Assembly (NCBI GenBank): GCA_017965725.1
Contig: JAGCPK010000112.1
Location: 5,673 to 69,672, forward strand
Length of the DNA: 64,000 nucleotides
Origin: Prevotella sp.
GTDB taxonomy: Bacteria > Bacteroidota > Bacteroidia > Bacteroidales > Bacteroidaceae
Direction of reading: 5' to 3'
The position numbers were made by a program, and so were the translations under genes. Shown here piece after piece: positions 1-9,377 of the stretch; the stretch's first letter is position 1, and every line of letters starts with the position of its first letter. The notes under the pieces were generated by a model, which made no database searches, was not told the DNA's origin, and was given only the letters and a program-made list of their open reading frames with translations.

Positions 1-61
1 AATCTGCTGCAGACGCTCCTTCATCACTTTTCACTTTTACCATTCATTCTAAAAAAGAAAG

Positions 62-400
62 CACTGCCTCCGTAAGCCGGGTTCTGTTTTAGCCTGTCAT
101 CTATCTACGCCACGAGTCACCCCGTGGCTCAAGCGTTCTACCCTCCATCGTAAATCGGGCGGGCAACCCTCGGACGATGGTTTACGCGAACTTGCAGCCC
201 CCAGTCGGCACAGCCCGACGATCACCCGTCGGCTGGTGGTCTCTTACACCACCTTCTCACCCTTACCCCAAAGGGGCGGTCATTCTCTTCTGCCGGCACC
301 TGCTGTCACCAACAGCTTCCACTTTCAGAAGTGGGGCACCCTGTGCTGCCCGGACTTTCCTCTTGTGCCATTACGACACCAGCGACAAGCCGAGACAGTG
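62..400 (-). ncRNA. rnpB: RNase P RNA (bacterial)
   Basis: Minus strand carries GAGGAAAGUCCGGGC near the 5' end (plus 347-362) and ACAGAACCCGGCUUA at the 3' end (plus 73-87). P1 pairing cactgtctc/gaggcagtg; -7 box TATTTTTG just upstream (411-418). Confidence 0.95.
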
Positions 401-633
401 TTTTCGGGCGCAAAAATACAAAATAATATTGAATTACGAAAGGATTAGCAGGAAGAATCGCGGAGAAAAGCGAGATACTTGATATATTTTAATTATAAAA
501 TGTAGATATTCTTAAATTTGTCAACCTTTTAAGATTTAAAGTGTTAATCGCAAACAGCCGTTAAGTCTGTGCGGGAAGTGTTAAATTCGGACAAATTATT
601 ACGACAATTTGTCAGTTTCACGAAAAATGCACC

Positions 634-641
634 TATCTTTG
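634..641 (+). promoter_or_regulatory. Bacteroidota -7 promoter box (TATCTTTG) for degP
   Basis: Matches TAnnTTTG about 70 nt upstream of the CDS. Confidence 0.7.
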
Positions 642-708
642 CAACCGAAAACAGCGAGCACTATGCTGCTCAGAATCAACTAGAAGTATAATTAAAATCA
701 TAACAAAA

Positions 709-2211
709 ATGAACGTGAATATGAAAAAGATTGTAAATGTCGCTACCCCAGCCGTATGTGCTGTAGCACTGGTACTGTCTGTTGTATCATTCAACAAGAC
801 AAATGCAGCCAACACACCCGACCCTGTTGTGGCTTCCATGCCCGCAGGTCAACCCGTAGATCTGACCGTTGCCGCTGAGAAGGCACTGCCCTCAGTGGTT
901 TATATCAAAAACACGCAGAACTCCAAGGTTCAGACCGTCGAATACTCCGACCCCTTCGAGGATTTCTTCTCCGACCCGTTTGGAGGTTTCTTTGGACGTG
1001 GACAGGGCAATGGCAACGGTGGACGTCGCCAGCGCCAGGTACAGACCCCGAAGCGCGTGGCAGCAGGCTCAGGTGTCATCATCTCTGCCGATGGCTATAT
1101 CGTGACCAACAACCACGTGGTGGATGGTGCCGACGAACTGTTGGTGACCCTCAACGACAACAAGGAATACTCAGCCCGCATCATTGGTGCTGATGCCACT
1201 ACCGACCTGGCCCTCATCAAGATTGACGGCAAGAACCTGCCCGCTATCCAGATTGCCAACAGCGACGACGTGAAGGTTGGCGAATGGGTGCTGGCCGTAG
1301 GTAATCCCCTCGGACTCAACAACACCGTGACTGCAGGTATCGTATCTGCCAAGGCCCGCAGCATGCAGGAGCCAGGCAAGGTGACCTCCATGATTCAGAC
1401 CGACGCCGCCATCAACCAGGGTAACTCTGGTGGTGCCCTCGTCAACACCAATGGCGCCCTCATCGGCATCAATGCCATGATCTACTCGCAGACGGGTTCC
1501 AATATTGGTTACGGTTTCGCCATCCCTACCTCTATCATGAATAAGGTGGTCGATGATATCAAGAAGTACGGTACCGTACAGCGCGCCATGATCGGTATCC
1601 AGGGACAGGATGTCAGTGCTTATGTCGATAATGAGAAAGAGAAGGGCAACGAGGTCGATCTCGGCACCATGGAAGGTATCTATATCGGTAAGGTCATCGA
1701 TGACGGTGCTGCTGCTGATGCAGGTCTGAAGGAAGGTGATGTCATCACCCATATCGACGGACAGAAGGTGCCTAAGTTTGGCGACCTGCAGGGCATCATC
1801 GCCCAGAAGCGTCCTGGCGACAAGATCACCATCAACTATCTGCGCAACAAGAACAAGAAGACCGCTACGCTGACCCTGAAGAATGAGAAGGGTAACACGA
1901 AGGTGGTGAAAGATGCAGACATCGACGTGCTTGGCGGACAGTTCAAGGCCATCAGCGACTCCCAGAAGGAACAGTTGAATATCGGTTACGGTCTGCAGGT
2001 GCTGAAGGTGAGCGGTGGCAAGTTGAAGGATGCCGGTGTTCCTCAGGGCTTCATCATCCAGCGTGTCAACGATCAGAGCATCAAGACCATCGACGACCTG
2101 CAGAATGTTGTCAAAGAAGCCAACAAGTCGAAGGAGCCCGTACTCTATATCCAGGGTATCTATCCGACAGGCAAGAAAGGCTACTTTGCAGTACCTCTCG
2201 AGGACGAATAA
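709..2211 (+). CDS. degP: DegP/HtrA (Do family) periplasmic serine protease with 2 PDZ domains
   Basis: Signal peptide; TNNHVV, DLALIK and GNSGG triad motifs; PDZ domains. Confidence 0.95.
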   Translation: MNVNMKKIVNVATPAVCAVALVLSVVSFNKTNAANTPDPVVASMPAGQPVDLTVAAEKALPSVVYIKNTQNSKVQTVEYSDPFEDFFSDPFGGFFGRGQGNGNGGRRQRQVQTPKRVAAGSGVIISADGYIVTNNHVVDGADELLVTLNDNKEYSARIIGADATTDLALIKIDGKNLPAIQIANSDDVKVGEWVLAVGNPLGLNNTVTAGIVSAKARSMQEPGKVTSMIQTDAAINQGNSGGALVNTNGALIGINAMIYSQTGSNIGYGFAIPTSIMNKVVDDIKKYGTVQRAMIGIQGQDVSAYVDNEKEKGNEVDLGTMEGIYIGKVIDDGAAADAGLKEGDVITHIDGQKVPKFGDLQGIIAQKRPGDKITINYLRNKNKKTATLTLKNEKGNTKVVKDADIDVLGGQFKAISDSQKEQLNIGYGLQVLKVSGGKLKDAGVPQGFIIQRVNDQSIKTIDDLQNVVKEANKSKEPVLYIQGIYPTGKKGYFAVPLEDE

Positions 2212-2250
2212 AGGTGAAAGATAACGAGTGAAAAGCGATCTGTATAAGCG

Positions 2251-2288
2251 AAAAAAGCCGCAAATGTTAAAAATTTGCGGTTTTTTTT
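2251..2288 (+). terminator. Rho-independent terminator after degP
   Basis: ccgcaaat/atttgcgg stem followed by T8. Confidence 0.8.
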
Positions 2289-2309
2289 GGTGATTCCGTT
2301 TTTTTGCCT

Positions 2310-2317
2310 TACCTTTG
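2310..2317 (+). promoter_or_regulatory. -7 promoter box (TACCTTTG) for rpoD
   Basis: TAnnTTTG consensus 25 nt before ATG 2343. Confidence 0.7.
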
Positions 2318-2342
2318 CACCTTGGCTAAAAACAACAACACG

Positions 2343-3203
2343 ATGAGACAACTGAAAATCACGAAGTCAATCACAAACCGAGAGAGTGAAGCCCTTGACA
2401 AGTACCTACAAGAGATCGGCAAGGAGGAAATGATTTCGGTAGAAGAGGAAGTGGAGTTGGCCCAGCGCATCCGCAAGGGTGACCGCAAGGCCTTAGAGCG
2501 CCTCACCAAGGCAAACCTCCGCTTTGTCGTTTCTGTGGCCAAGCAGTACCAGAACCAGGGACTCTCCCTACCCGACCTCATCAACGAAGGCAATCTGGGA
2601 CTCATCAAGGCAGCGGAGAAGTTCGATGAGACACGCGGATTCAAGTTCATCTCGTATGCCGTCTGGTGGATACGCCAGAGCATCCTTCAGGCCATCGCCG
2701 AGCAGAGCCGTATCGTGCGCCTGCCACTCAATCAGGTGGGCTCCGCCAACAAGATCAACAAGGTGCTGAGCAAGTTTGAGCAGGAGAACGAGCGCAGGCC
2801 GTCGGTGGAGGAAATCTCCGAGAAACTCGACATCCCTGAAGACAAGATCGACGAGGCCATGAGTGTCAACAGCCGTCATGTATCCGTCGATGCCCCATTC
2901 ATCGACGGTGAAGACAACAGCCTGCTCGACGTGCTGGTGAACGACGACGCACCGATGGCCGACAAGACGCTGGTCATGGAGTCGCTGAAGGCAGAGATCA
3001 ACAACGCCCTCAAGACCCTCAACGAACGCGAGCGCAATGTCATCGAGGCCTTCTACGGCATCAACCAGCCAGAACTCACCCTCGAGGAGATTGGTGTGAA
3101 ATACGGTCTCACGCGCGAGCGCGTCCGTCAGATCAAGGAGAAGGCCATCCGCCGCCTCCGCACCTGTACAAAAAACAAGATTTTAAAGACATTCTTAGGA
3201 TAA
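2343..3203 (+). CDS. rpoD: Primary sigma-70 factor, Bacteroidota type (no region 1.1)
   Basis: [11 protein letters not shown] start; [41 protein letters not shown]. Confidence 0.93.
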   Translation: MRQLKITKSITNRESEALDKYLQEIGKEEMISVEEEVELAQRIRKGDRKALERLTKANLRFVVSVAKQYQNQGLSLPDLINEGNLGLIKAAEKFDETRGFKFISYAVWWIRQSILQAIAEQSRIVRLPLNQVGSANKINKVLSKFEQENERRPSVEEISEKLDIPEDKIDEAMSVNSRHVSVDAPFIDGEDNSLLDVLVNDDAPMADKTLVMESLKAEINNALKTLNERERNVIEAFYGINQPELTLEEIGVKYGLTRERVRQIKEKAIRRLRTCTKNKILKTFLG

Positions 3204-3635
3204 ATGAGACTCATTAGATACACATTACTGATCATCATCATGCTGACCCTGACAGGTGTCAAGGCCAGTGCCAAAGGTACCGTCAGCCCCCAGGGCTATA
3301 TGTTCGGATTCGTAGCCAACTTCTCCGACTCAGTCGTATATATCACCGACATACAGACCGTCGATAGCGTATGGTACGACTCCAAGACGAAGTTCCTTCT
3401 GGGCCGCAGTAACTATTCCAACCAGTTACGCAACTACTTCAGCGAGAAACTCAACATGCCCTATCGCACCTGCATTGTGGTCTTTGCCCTCAACCGCAAG
3501 GATATTGAGAAGAAATACCTGAAGATGAAGAAACTCTACACTGTCAAGAATGCGGGCCGTTATGATGTAAAGAACCTCACCGAAAGCGAGTTCCGTTTCA
3601 AGCCCGTCAATATGGCGCCAGTGGAAGAACAATAA
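3204..3635 (+). CDS. Exported hypothetical protein
   Basis: Signal peptide; abuts the rpoD stop codon. Confidence 0.8.
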   Translation: MRLIRYTLLIIIMLTLTGVKASAKGTVSPQGYMFGFVANFSDSVVYITDIQTVDSVWYDSKTKFLLGRSNYSNQLRNYFSEKLNMPYRTCIVVFALNRKDIEKKYLKMKKLYTVKNAGRYDVKNLTESEFRFKPVNMAPVEEQ

Positions 3636-3646
3636 GGAACACCCCC

Positions 3647-4276
3647 ATGAAACGACTCTTATGTACCCTGATGGTTTGCGCTCTTGTCGCAGCCGTTCAG
3701 GCAAAGAAAGTGAAGGTGACCATCGACGGGACAACGTCACCCTCACAAACCACGCTCTATCTCATCATCAACGAAGACACCGCCCATGCGCAACTCGTGC
3801 CCATCAACGATGCGCATTTCTCCGTCAACATCAAAGTTGACCGCGATGCGTTCATACGTCTGCACGACTCCAAGCGATGGCCCGAACGCGGCACCTTCGT
3901 GCTCATCCCCGACAGTCGTCACATCACCGTCAACTGGAGCAAAAGAACCATTCAGGGGTCAGAGCAGTCACAAAAACTGCAGGCCGTCTGCAGTGAGATC
4001 AAAAATTCCAGTCCTGAGGGGTTCCATATCGATGTGTTCACCGATGATCCCGAAGCCTGGCGTAGTGCCCAGGCACAGGGTGAATCCATCCGTCAGAGCA
4101 TGCTCGAGCAGCAGAAGGACGTGTTCAAGCAGCAGATACTGGAGAACAAGAACAACCCCCTCTGTGCGTGGATTGCGTTTTGCTATCCCCAGTTGATGGA
4201 GGGCGAGATAGAGGCGATGCTCCACCACATGAAACCCAAGTGGTTGAATCATCCCATCTTGAAGAACAAACAGTAA
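3647..4276 (+). CDS. Exported hypothetical protein (DUF4369-like N-terminal domain)
   Basis: Signal peptide; beta-rich N-terminus resembling DUF4369 (by eye). Confidence 0.7.
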   Translation: MKRLLCTLMVCALVAAVQAKKVKVTIDGTTSPSQTTLYLIINEDTAHAQLVPINDAHFSVNIKVDRDAFIRLHDSKRWPERGTFVLIPDSRHITVNWSKRTIQGSEQSQKLQAVCSEIKNSSPEGFHIDVFTDDPEAWRSAQAQGESIRQSMLEQQKDVFKQQILENKNNPLCAWIAFCYPQLMEGEIEAMLHHMKPKWLNHPILKNKQ

Positions 4277-4281
4277 CCAGT

Positions 4282-4340
4282 TCATACCATACAATTAAGC
4301 CCCACCATTTGGCGGGGCTTATTCTTTACCGCATGTCGAA
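4282..4340 (+). repeat. Left arm of a 59-bp imperfect inverted repeat, containing a terminator hairpin (4294-4327)
   Basis: 49/59 identical, ungapped, to the reverse complement of 5228-5286. Confidence 0.85.
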
Positions 4341-4443
4341 GAGAATCTTTCTGCGATTGTCCTTGGGGTCAATCGAAATCTTTCACCTTTCACAAATCCA
4401 AATTTTTCGCTATTTATTTCTCATTGGCAGCCCTCCATAAGTT

Positions 4444-4660
4444 ATGAGACCTGCCCCCATATCCTTCAAACTGGCTCCTAGCCTCCACGTATTAGCAAGA
4501 ATCAAAAGTCTTATCTACGAGATCAGGGGTGTGAAGGTCATGCTCGACAAAGACCTTGCAGATCTCTATCATGTTACCACCGGCAATCTGAACAAGGCTG
4601 TGAAGAGAGTTCCCAGTGATGAGCGCTCTCCTTTTATATAATTAAGGTGCAAACTGCAGT
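4444..4660 (+). pseudogene. Truncated ORF6N-domain (antirepressor-like DNA-binding) gene relic
   Basis: IKSLIYEIRGVKVMLDKDLADLYHVTTGNLNKAVKR is the ORF6N N-terminus, followed by an apparent deletion (..KRVPSD) and a stop at 4639-4641. Confidence 0.75.
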
Positions 4661-4730
4661 TGCAGCCTCTTCTGAGAAGACAACCTTTCCAGTAAAAGCG
4701 TCAACTGATTCAGGAAGGGTATGGAGGAGG

Positions 4731-5145
4731 TTCTTCACTTTTTCAGTTTTTCACTTTAGACATTTAGGTTTTCTGACTTTGCTTTACTGAGAGGATGGAC
4801 TAAGTAGGGATGAGTAATAGTAGAATTATAATATATAATATCATCTGATCGGGTATTTCGAAAAACGAAAAACATAAATGTCCGAAGTGAAAAAGTGAAG
4901 AACTGAAAAAGTGGCCGACCCGGGGGTGGGAAAAACGTGCCCACGTTCAGAGGAAGAAAACCACACCCTGGGAAAACCGCCCTCGCGTTCAGGGGATGGA
5001 AACCACGCCCTGTAGAAACCATCCCCGCGACCAGAGGAAGAAAACCACACCCTGGGAAAACCGCCCTCGCGTTCAGGGCACGAAAACCACACCCTGGGGG
5101 AACCGTCCCCTGAATCAGGACATAAATACCCCAGGTTGGGGATGA
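4731..5145. repeat. Composite element copy 1: inverted repeat (4731-4772 / 4868-4912) around an AT-rich core, then five 42-bp (2x21) units (4927-5140)
   Basis: Half-units start at 4927, 4948, 4969, 4990, 5011, 5032, 5053, 5074, 5095, 5116, 5137; 4948-4989 is identical to 5032-5073. Confidence 0.9.
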
Positions 5146-5227
5146 AGATTTTTTGTGTAAATTAACAAAATAATGCGGCGGCTCCGAGGAAGAGGGCGGT
5201 ATGTGATAAGTAAAAGGCCGAAGGTCT

Positions 5228-5286
5228 TTCGACATCCAAAAAAGAATAAGCCCCGCCAAAAGGCAGGGCTTATTCATATGGTATGA
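5228..5286 (-). repeat. Right arm of the 59-bp inverted repeat, containing the terminator of the gyrA-TPR operon (5241-5273)
   Basis: aataagccccgcc-aaaa-ggcagggcttatt hairpin; matches 4282-4340 in reverse. Confidence 0.85.
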
Positions 5287-5295
5287 TGCGGAAGA

Positions 5296-6528
5296 TTAAT
5301 CCAAGGCATCGGCCTTAGCCTGCTGACCGGTCTGGGTATAGACATTGTGCAACAGGTACTTCCACTTCACGGTGTTCTGCTCGGGATCCAACTCCTGGCA
5401 CTTCTCGAAGTCAACCTGGGCGTCGGTGAGCAACTCCTTGAACTTCTTATCGTTCTCAGGGGTCAGACGACCTGTACGCTCGTCAGAGTTCTTCTCGTTG
5501 AACTCAGCAGCGATATTGTACTTGCAGACGGCGCGATAGTAAGCGAACTGTACGTAGTTGGGCTGTGACTCGGGAACCTTGTTCCACTCAGCAACGGCCT
5601 CAGCATACTTCTTCTGGTTCTGCAGCAGGAAAGCGCTGTAGATGTGAGGAAGCACAGAGTTGGGGAACTTAGCCAGATGGTTCTTGGCAATCTCCTCGAC
5701 AGCAGCCTCGTCGTTGTTGAGAATCAAAGCATCACACATGTAGGAATAGACCTTCTCGTTCTCGGGATACTGGGCATAGAGATCCTTCATGTCGTTGATG
5801 AACTTCAGGGAGTCGGCCTTTGTGGAGCGGTTCTTGCTCATGGTGAAGAGAAGGAGGTCGATGCTGTACTCACGCACCTGCTTCATGGTGTCTGCCACAC
5901 CCATCTTCAGGAGTTCAATAGCACGCTCTTTCTTTTCCAACTGCATGGCAGCACGACCAGCATAGTAGGCAGCAATACCACGGTTGGGATCATTCTTCAC
6001 AGCGGGGTTCTCCTTGAAGAGTGAGGCTGTAGAACCGTTGACATAAGCATCGAGGCACTTGAAGGCTTCCTCGTTCTTACCATTCTCGGCAAAGTTACAG
6101 CCATTATCATACAATCCCTTCAGCACGTTATACAGACGGTCCTGATTCTTCTTCTGGAAAGCAGGCTTCACCTGTCCCTTGGCATTGGGAAGGACATCAA
6201 ACTTGTCGCACTCAAGACCATAGTTCAGGGCATCAATACCAGCCTTGATCATTCCATCGGTATCGACAGGATCATTCTTCATCAGAGCCTGGTTGGTAAT
6301 ACGCGTGTCGTCTTCCTTCTTATACTTTGCATAAGCGAGGTCAACGAGTTTGTTGTAGGCCTTGGCCTTCTCCTGATCGTTGGCGAGTTGACCGAGACTG
6401 CTCTTCAGCAGGGCTTCAGCCTCCGCATAGTCCTTTGCTTTGAGGATTGCCTTCAAAGCATCACTGTCACCGGCAAAAGCGGTAGCACTGGCCACCAGCA
6501 TCATTGCCATCATCATAAATTTTTTCAT
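5296..6528 (-). CDS. Exported TPR-repeat protein
   Basis: Signal peptide; helical TPR-like repeats; downstream of gyrA. Confidence 0.85.
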   Translation of the reverse strand: MKKFMMMAMMLVASATAFAGDSDALKAILKAKDYAEAEALLKSSLGQLANDQEKAKAYNKLVDLAYAKYKKEDDTRITNQALMKNDPVDTDGMIKAGIDALNYGLECDKFDVLPNAKGQVKPAFQKKNQDRLYNVLKGLYDNGCNFAENGKNEEAFKCLDAYVNGSTASLFKENPAVKNDPNRGIAAYYAGRAAMQLEKKERAIELLKMGVADTMKQVREYSIDLLLFTMSKNRSTKADSLKFINDMKDLYAQYPENEKVYSYMCDALILNNDEAAVEEIAKNHLAKFPNSVLPHIYSAFLLQNQKKYAEAVAEWNKVPESQPNYVQFAYYRAVCKYNIAAEFNEKNSDERTGRLTPENDKKFKELLTDAQVDFEKCQELDPEQNTVKWKYLLHNVYTQTGQQAKADALD

Positions 6529-6555
6529 AAGCCTTTAATTTGGTTTAATTTGTTA

Positions 6556-9120
6556 TTATTCGTTGTTGCTATTCTCGTCTTCTGTCTCAAAGGCAGAATC
6601 TGTTGTTGTGTCAGCAGGCAGTTCCTCGTTGAGTACCTCAGCCTCTTCGATGTCGTCTTCCTCGGCCTGTGAGTGCATCACCTTGCAGACGCTGGCGATG
6701 GTGTCGTTCTTCTTGGCGAGGTTGATAAGGCGCACACCCTGGGTGGCACGGCCCATGACGCGCACGTCGGCCACCTTCAGGCGGATGAGGATACCGCTCT
6801 TGTTGATTATCATGAGGTCGTTCTCGTCGGTCACCACCTTGATGGCCACGAGGCGACCAGTCTTCTCGGTAATAGCGAGGGTCTTCACACCCTTGGCGCC
6901 ACGGGCGGTCTTACGGTAGTCTTCCACTTCGGAGCGCTTGCCGTAGCCGTTCTCCGAGACAACCATGATCGTCTCCTCGTTCGGGTCGTTGACGCAGACC
7001 ATGCCTACCACCTCATCGTCGCCACCGTCGAGGCGCATGCCGATGACACCCGTAGCCACACGGCCCATGGTGCGCACGTCGTCCTCGTCGAAACGTACGG
7101 CACGTCCGTTGCGGTTGGCCAGGAGCAACTCGTTGTGGCCGTTGGTGAGGCGCACGCCAACCACCTCGTCGCCCTCGTTGATGTTGATGGCGATGACACC
7201 AGCAGCACGTACGTTCTTATAGGCATCGAGACGGGTCTTCTTGATGATACCCTGCTTGGTGGCGAACACCACATAGTGGGTCTGCAGGAACTCCTCGTCG
7301 TTGAAGTTCTTGATGCGAAGCACGGCGTTGATGGAGTCGTCGGGCTCGATGTTAAGCATATTCTGGATGGCGCGACCCTTCGAGTTCTTGTCGCCCTCGG
7401 GAATCTCGTAACACTTCTGCCAGTAGCAGCGACCCTTCTGGGTGAAGAAGAGCAGCGTGTTATGCATCGTGGCGGGATAGATATACTCGGTGAAGTCGTT
7501 GTCGCGATGACGGGCGGCCTTGGCGCCGACGCCTCCCCTGCCCTGCTCGTGGAACTCATCAAGTTTCGTGCGCTTGATGTAGCCCATGTGGCTGATGGTG
7601 ATGACGACGGGATCGTCGGGATAGAAGTCCTCAGCATTGAACTCGTGGTCGAAGGGGATGATCTCGGTGCGACGCTCGTCGCCGTACTTCTCCTTCACCT
7701 CGAGCAGGTCGTTCTTCATCACTTCCTTGCAGCGCTCGGGGTTGTCGAGGATCTCCTGCAGGTCGGCAATGAGTTTCTGCAGGTCTTCGAACTCCTGATG
7801 GAGTTGATCGACACGCAGGCCTGTGAGTTGTGCCAGACGCATATCGACGATAGCCTTCGACTGGAGTTCATCGAGTTCGAAGCGAACTTCCAAATTGCGC
7901 TGGGCATCTGTCGGGGTCTTACTATTTCTAATAATGTGTACCACCTCGTCGATATTGTTGACAGCAATGATCAAGCCCTCGAGGATGTGGGCACGCTCCT
8001 GAGCCTTGCGCAGGTCAAACTTGGTGCGGCGGATGGTCACGTCGTGACGGTGCTCCACGAAATACTTGACGCACTCCTTGAGGTTGAGCAGACGGGGACG
8101 GCCTTTCACCAGAGCGATATTGTTGACAGAGAACGAACTCTGCAGGGCTGTCATCTTGAAGAGTTTGTTGAGCAGCACGTTGGCATTGGCATCGCGCTTC
8201 ACATCGACCACGATACGCATACCCTGACGACCTGACTCGTCGTTGACATTTGCCACACCCTCAATCTTATGCTGGTTGGCGAGGTCGGCGATATAAGCCA
8301 CAAGGTCGGCCTTGTTCACACCGTAAGGAATCTCTGTGACGACAATCTTGTCGTGGGTCTCGCCACTCTCGATCTCTGCCTTGGCACGCATCACGATACG
8401 GCCACGACCTGTCTCGTAAGCATCGCGCACACCCTGCAAGCCATAGATATAGGCTCCCGTTGGGAAGTCGGGGCCTGGGATATACTGCATCAGACCATCG
8501 GTATCGATGTCGGGATTGTCGATATAGGCACAACAGCCGTCGATTACCTCACCCAGGTTATGGGTCGGCATATTCGTAGCCATACCGACGGCAATACCGT
8601 TACCACCGTTTACCAACAGATTAGGAACCTTCGTCGGCATAACGGTTGGCTCTACGAGCGAGTCGTCGAAGTTGTTCATCATATCGACGGTCTCTTTCTC
8701 AAGATCGTCCATGATGTGTTCACCCATCTTGGAGAGACGGCACTCGGTGTAACGCATGGCTGCAGGCGAGTCACCATCGACGGAGCCGAAGTTACCCTGT
8801 CCGTCAACGAGGGTGTAACGCATATTCCAGTCCTGCGCCATACGCACCAGGGCGCCATAGACGGAGGAGTCGCCGTGGGGGTGGTACTTACCAAGCACCT
8901 CACCTACGACACGCGCACATTTCTTATAAGGCTGCGTGGAGACGTTGTTGATGTTCATCATACCATAGAGAATACGGCGATGGACAGGCTTGAAGCCGTC
9001 GCGTACATCGGGAAGGGCACGGGCCACAATGACTGACATGGAGTAGTCGATGTAACTCGATTTCATCTCTTCCTCAATGTTGATCTTAATAATTCTGTCG
9101 TTGTCGAATGTCTGATCCAT
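6556..9120 (-). CDS. gyrA: DNA gyrase subunit A
   Basis: [33 protein letters not shown], GyrA-box QGRGGVG. Confidence 0.97.
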   Translation of the reverse strand: MDQTFDNDRIIKINIEEEMKSSYIDYSMSVIVARALPDVRDGFKPVHRRILYGMMNINNVSTQPYKKCARVVGEVLGKYHPHGDSSVYGALVRMAQDWNMRYTLVDGQGNFGSVDGDSPAAMRYTECRLSKMGEHIMDDLEKETVDMMNNFDDSLVEPTVMPTKVPNLLVNGGNGIAVGMATNMPTHNLGEVIDGCCAYIDNPDIDTDGLMQYIPGPDFPTGAYIYGLQGVRDAYETGRGRIVMRAKAEIESGETHDKIVVTEIPYGVNKADLVAYIADLANQHKIEGVANVNDESGRQGMRIVVDVKRDANANVLLNKLFKMTALQSSFSVNNIALVKGRPRLLNLKECVKYFVEHRHDVTIRRTKFDLRKAQERAHILEGLIIAVNNIDEVVHIIRNSKTPTDAQRNLEVRFELDELQSKAIVDMRLAQLTGLRVDQLHQEFEDLQKLIADLQEILDNPERCKEVMKNDLLEVKEKYGDERRTEIIPFDHEFNAEDFYPDDPVVITISHMGYIKRTKLDEFHEQGRGGVGAKAARHRDNDFTEYIYPATMHNTLLFFTQKGRCYWQKCYEIPEGDKNSKGRAIQNMLNIEPDDSINAVLRIKNFNDEEFLQTHYVVFATKQGIIKKTRLDAYKNVRAAGVIAININEGDEVVGVRLTNGHNELLLANRNGRAVRFDEDDVRTMGRVATGVIGMRLDGGDDEVVGMVCVNDPNEETIMVVSENGYGKRSEVEDYRKTARGAKGVKTLAITEKTGRLVAIKVVTDENDLMIINKSGILIRLKVADVRVMGRATQGVRLINLAKKNDTIASVCKVMHSQAEEDDIEEAEVLNEELPADTTTDSAFETEDENSNNE

Positions 9121-9233
9121 TGATTTATTATACTATTTTACAATTTACAATTTGACTATTTTTTACTGCGCCGAAAAAGCGCCATTTCGCGTTTAAGGCA
9201 CTTTTTAAGCCCGCTGACGCGTTTTTTACCGTG

Positions 9234-9241
9234 CAAAGGTA
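9234..9241 (-). promoter_or_regulatory. -7 promoter box (TACCTTTG) for gyrA
   Basis: caaaggta on the plus strand. Confidence 0.7.
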
Positions 9242-9303
9242 GTCATTTTTTCTCGACCCACCAAACCTTTTAAGTATATTTAGCGGAAAGTTTTTCTTTC
9301 AAT

Positions 9304-9337
9304 TGGCACGGTGTTTGCAAGAAATGTTGTAACTTTG
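9304..9337 (+). promoter_or_regulatory. Sigma-54-like -24/-12 site (TGGCACG-N4-TTGCA) plus -7 box (TAACTTTG, 9330-9337) for clpC
   Basis: Exact consensus matches. Confidence 0.65.
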
Positions 9338-9377
9338 CACAAAATATCAAATAGTAAATAGAAAAATAGTAAATATA

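Noticed and set aside
177-482. ORFs 177..482 and 236..448
   Set aside because: Antisense to the RNase P RNA
4731-4912. Classical Bacteroides invertible promoter
   Set aside because: Arms are imperfect, no clear TAnnTTTG inside, and no recombinase nearby
4927-5140. CRISPR array interpretation of the 42-bp repeats (also 60073-60283)
   Set aside because: No unique spacers, both halves are repeated and degenerate, and there are no cas genes
4756-5277. 173-aa minus-strand ORF across element copy 1
   Set aside because: Spans a terminator, the repeat array and the AT core; not conserved as an ORF in copy 2
6673-8235. Long antisense ORFs (also 9912..11471, 31130..32005, 44107..44964, 47019..47906, 50335..51249, 53339..54235, 55958..56767)
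   Set aside because: Shadow frames of well-identified genes, expected from codon bias
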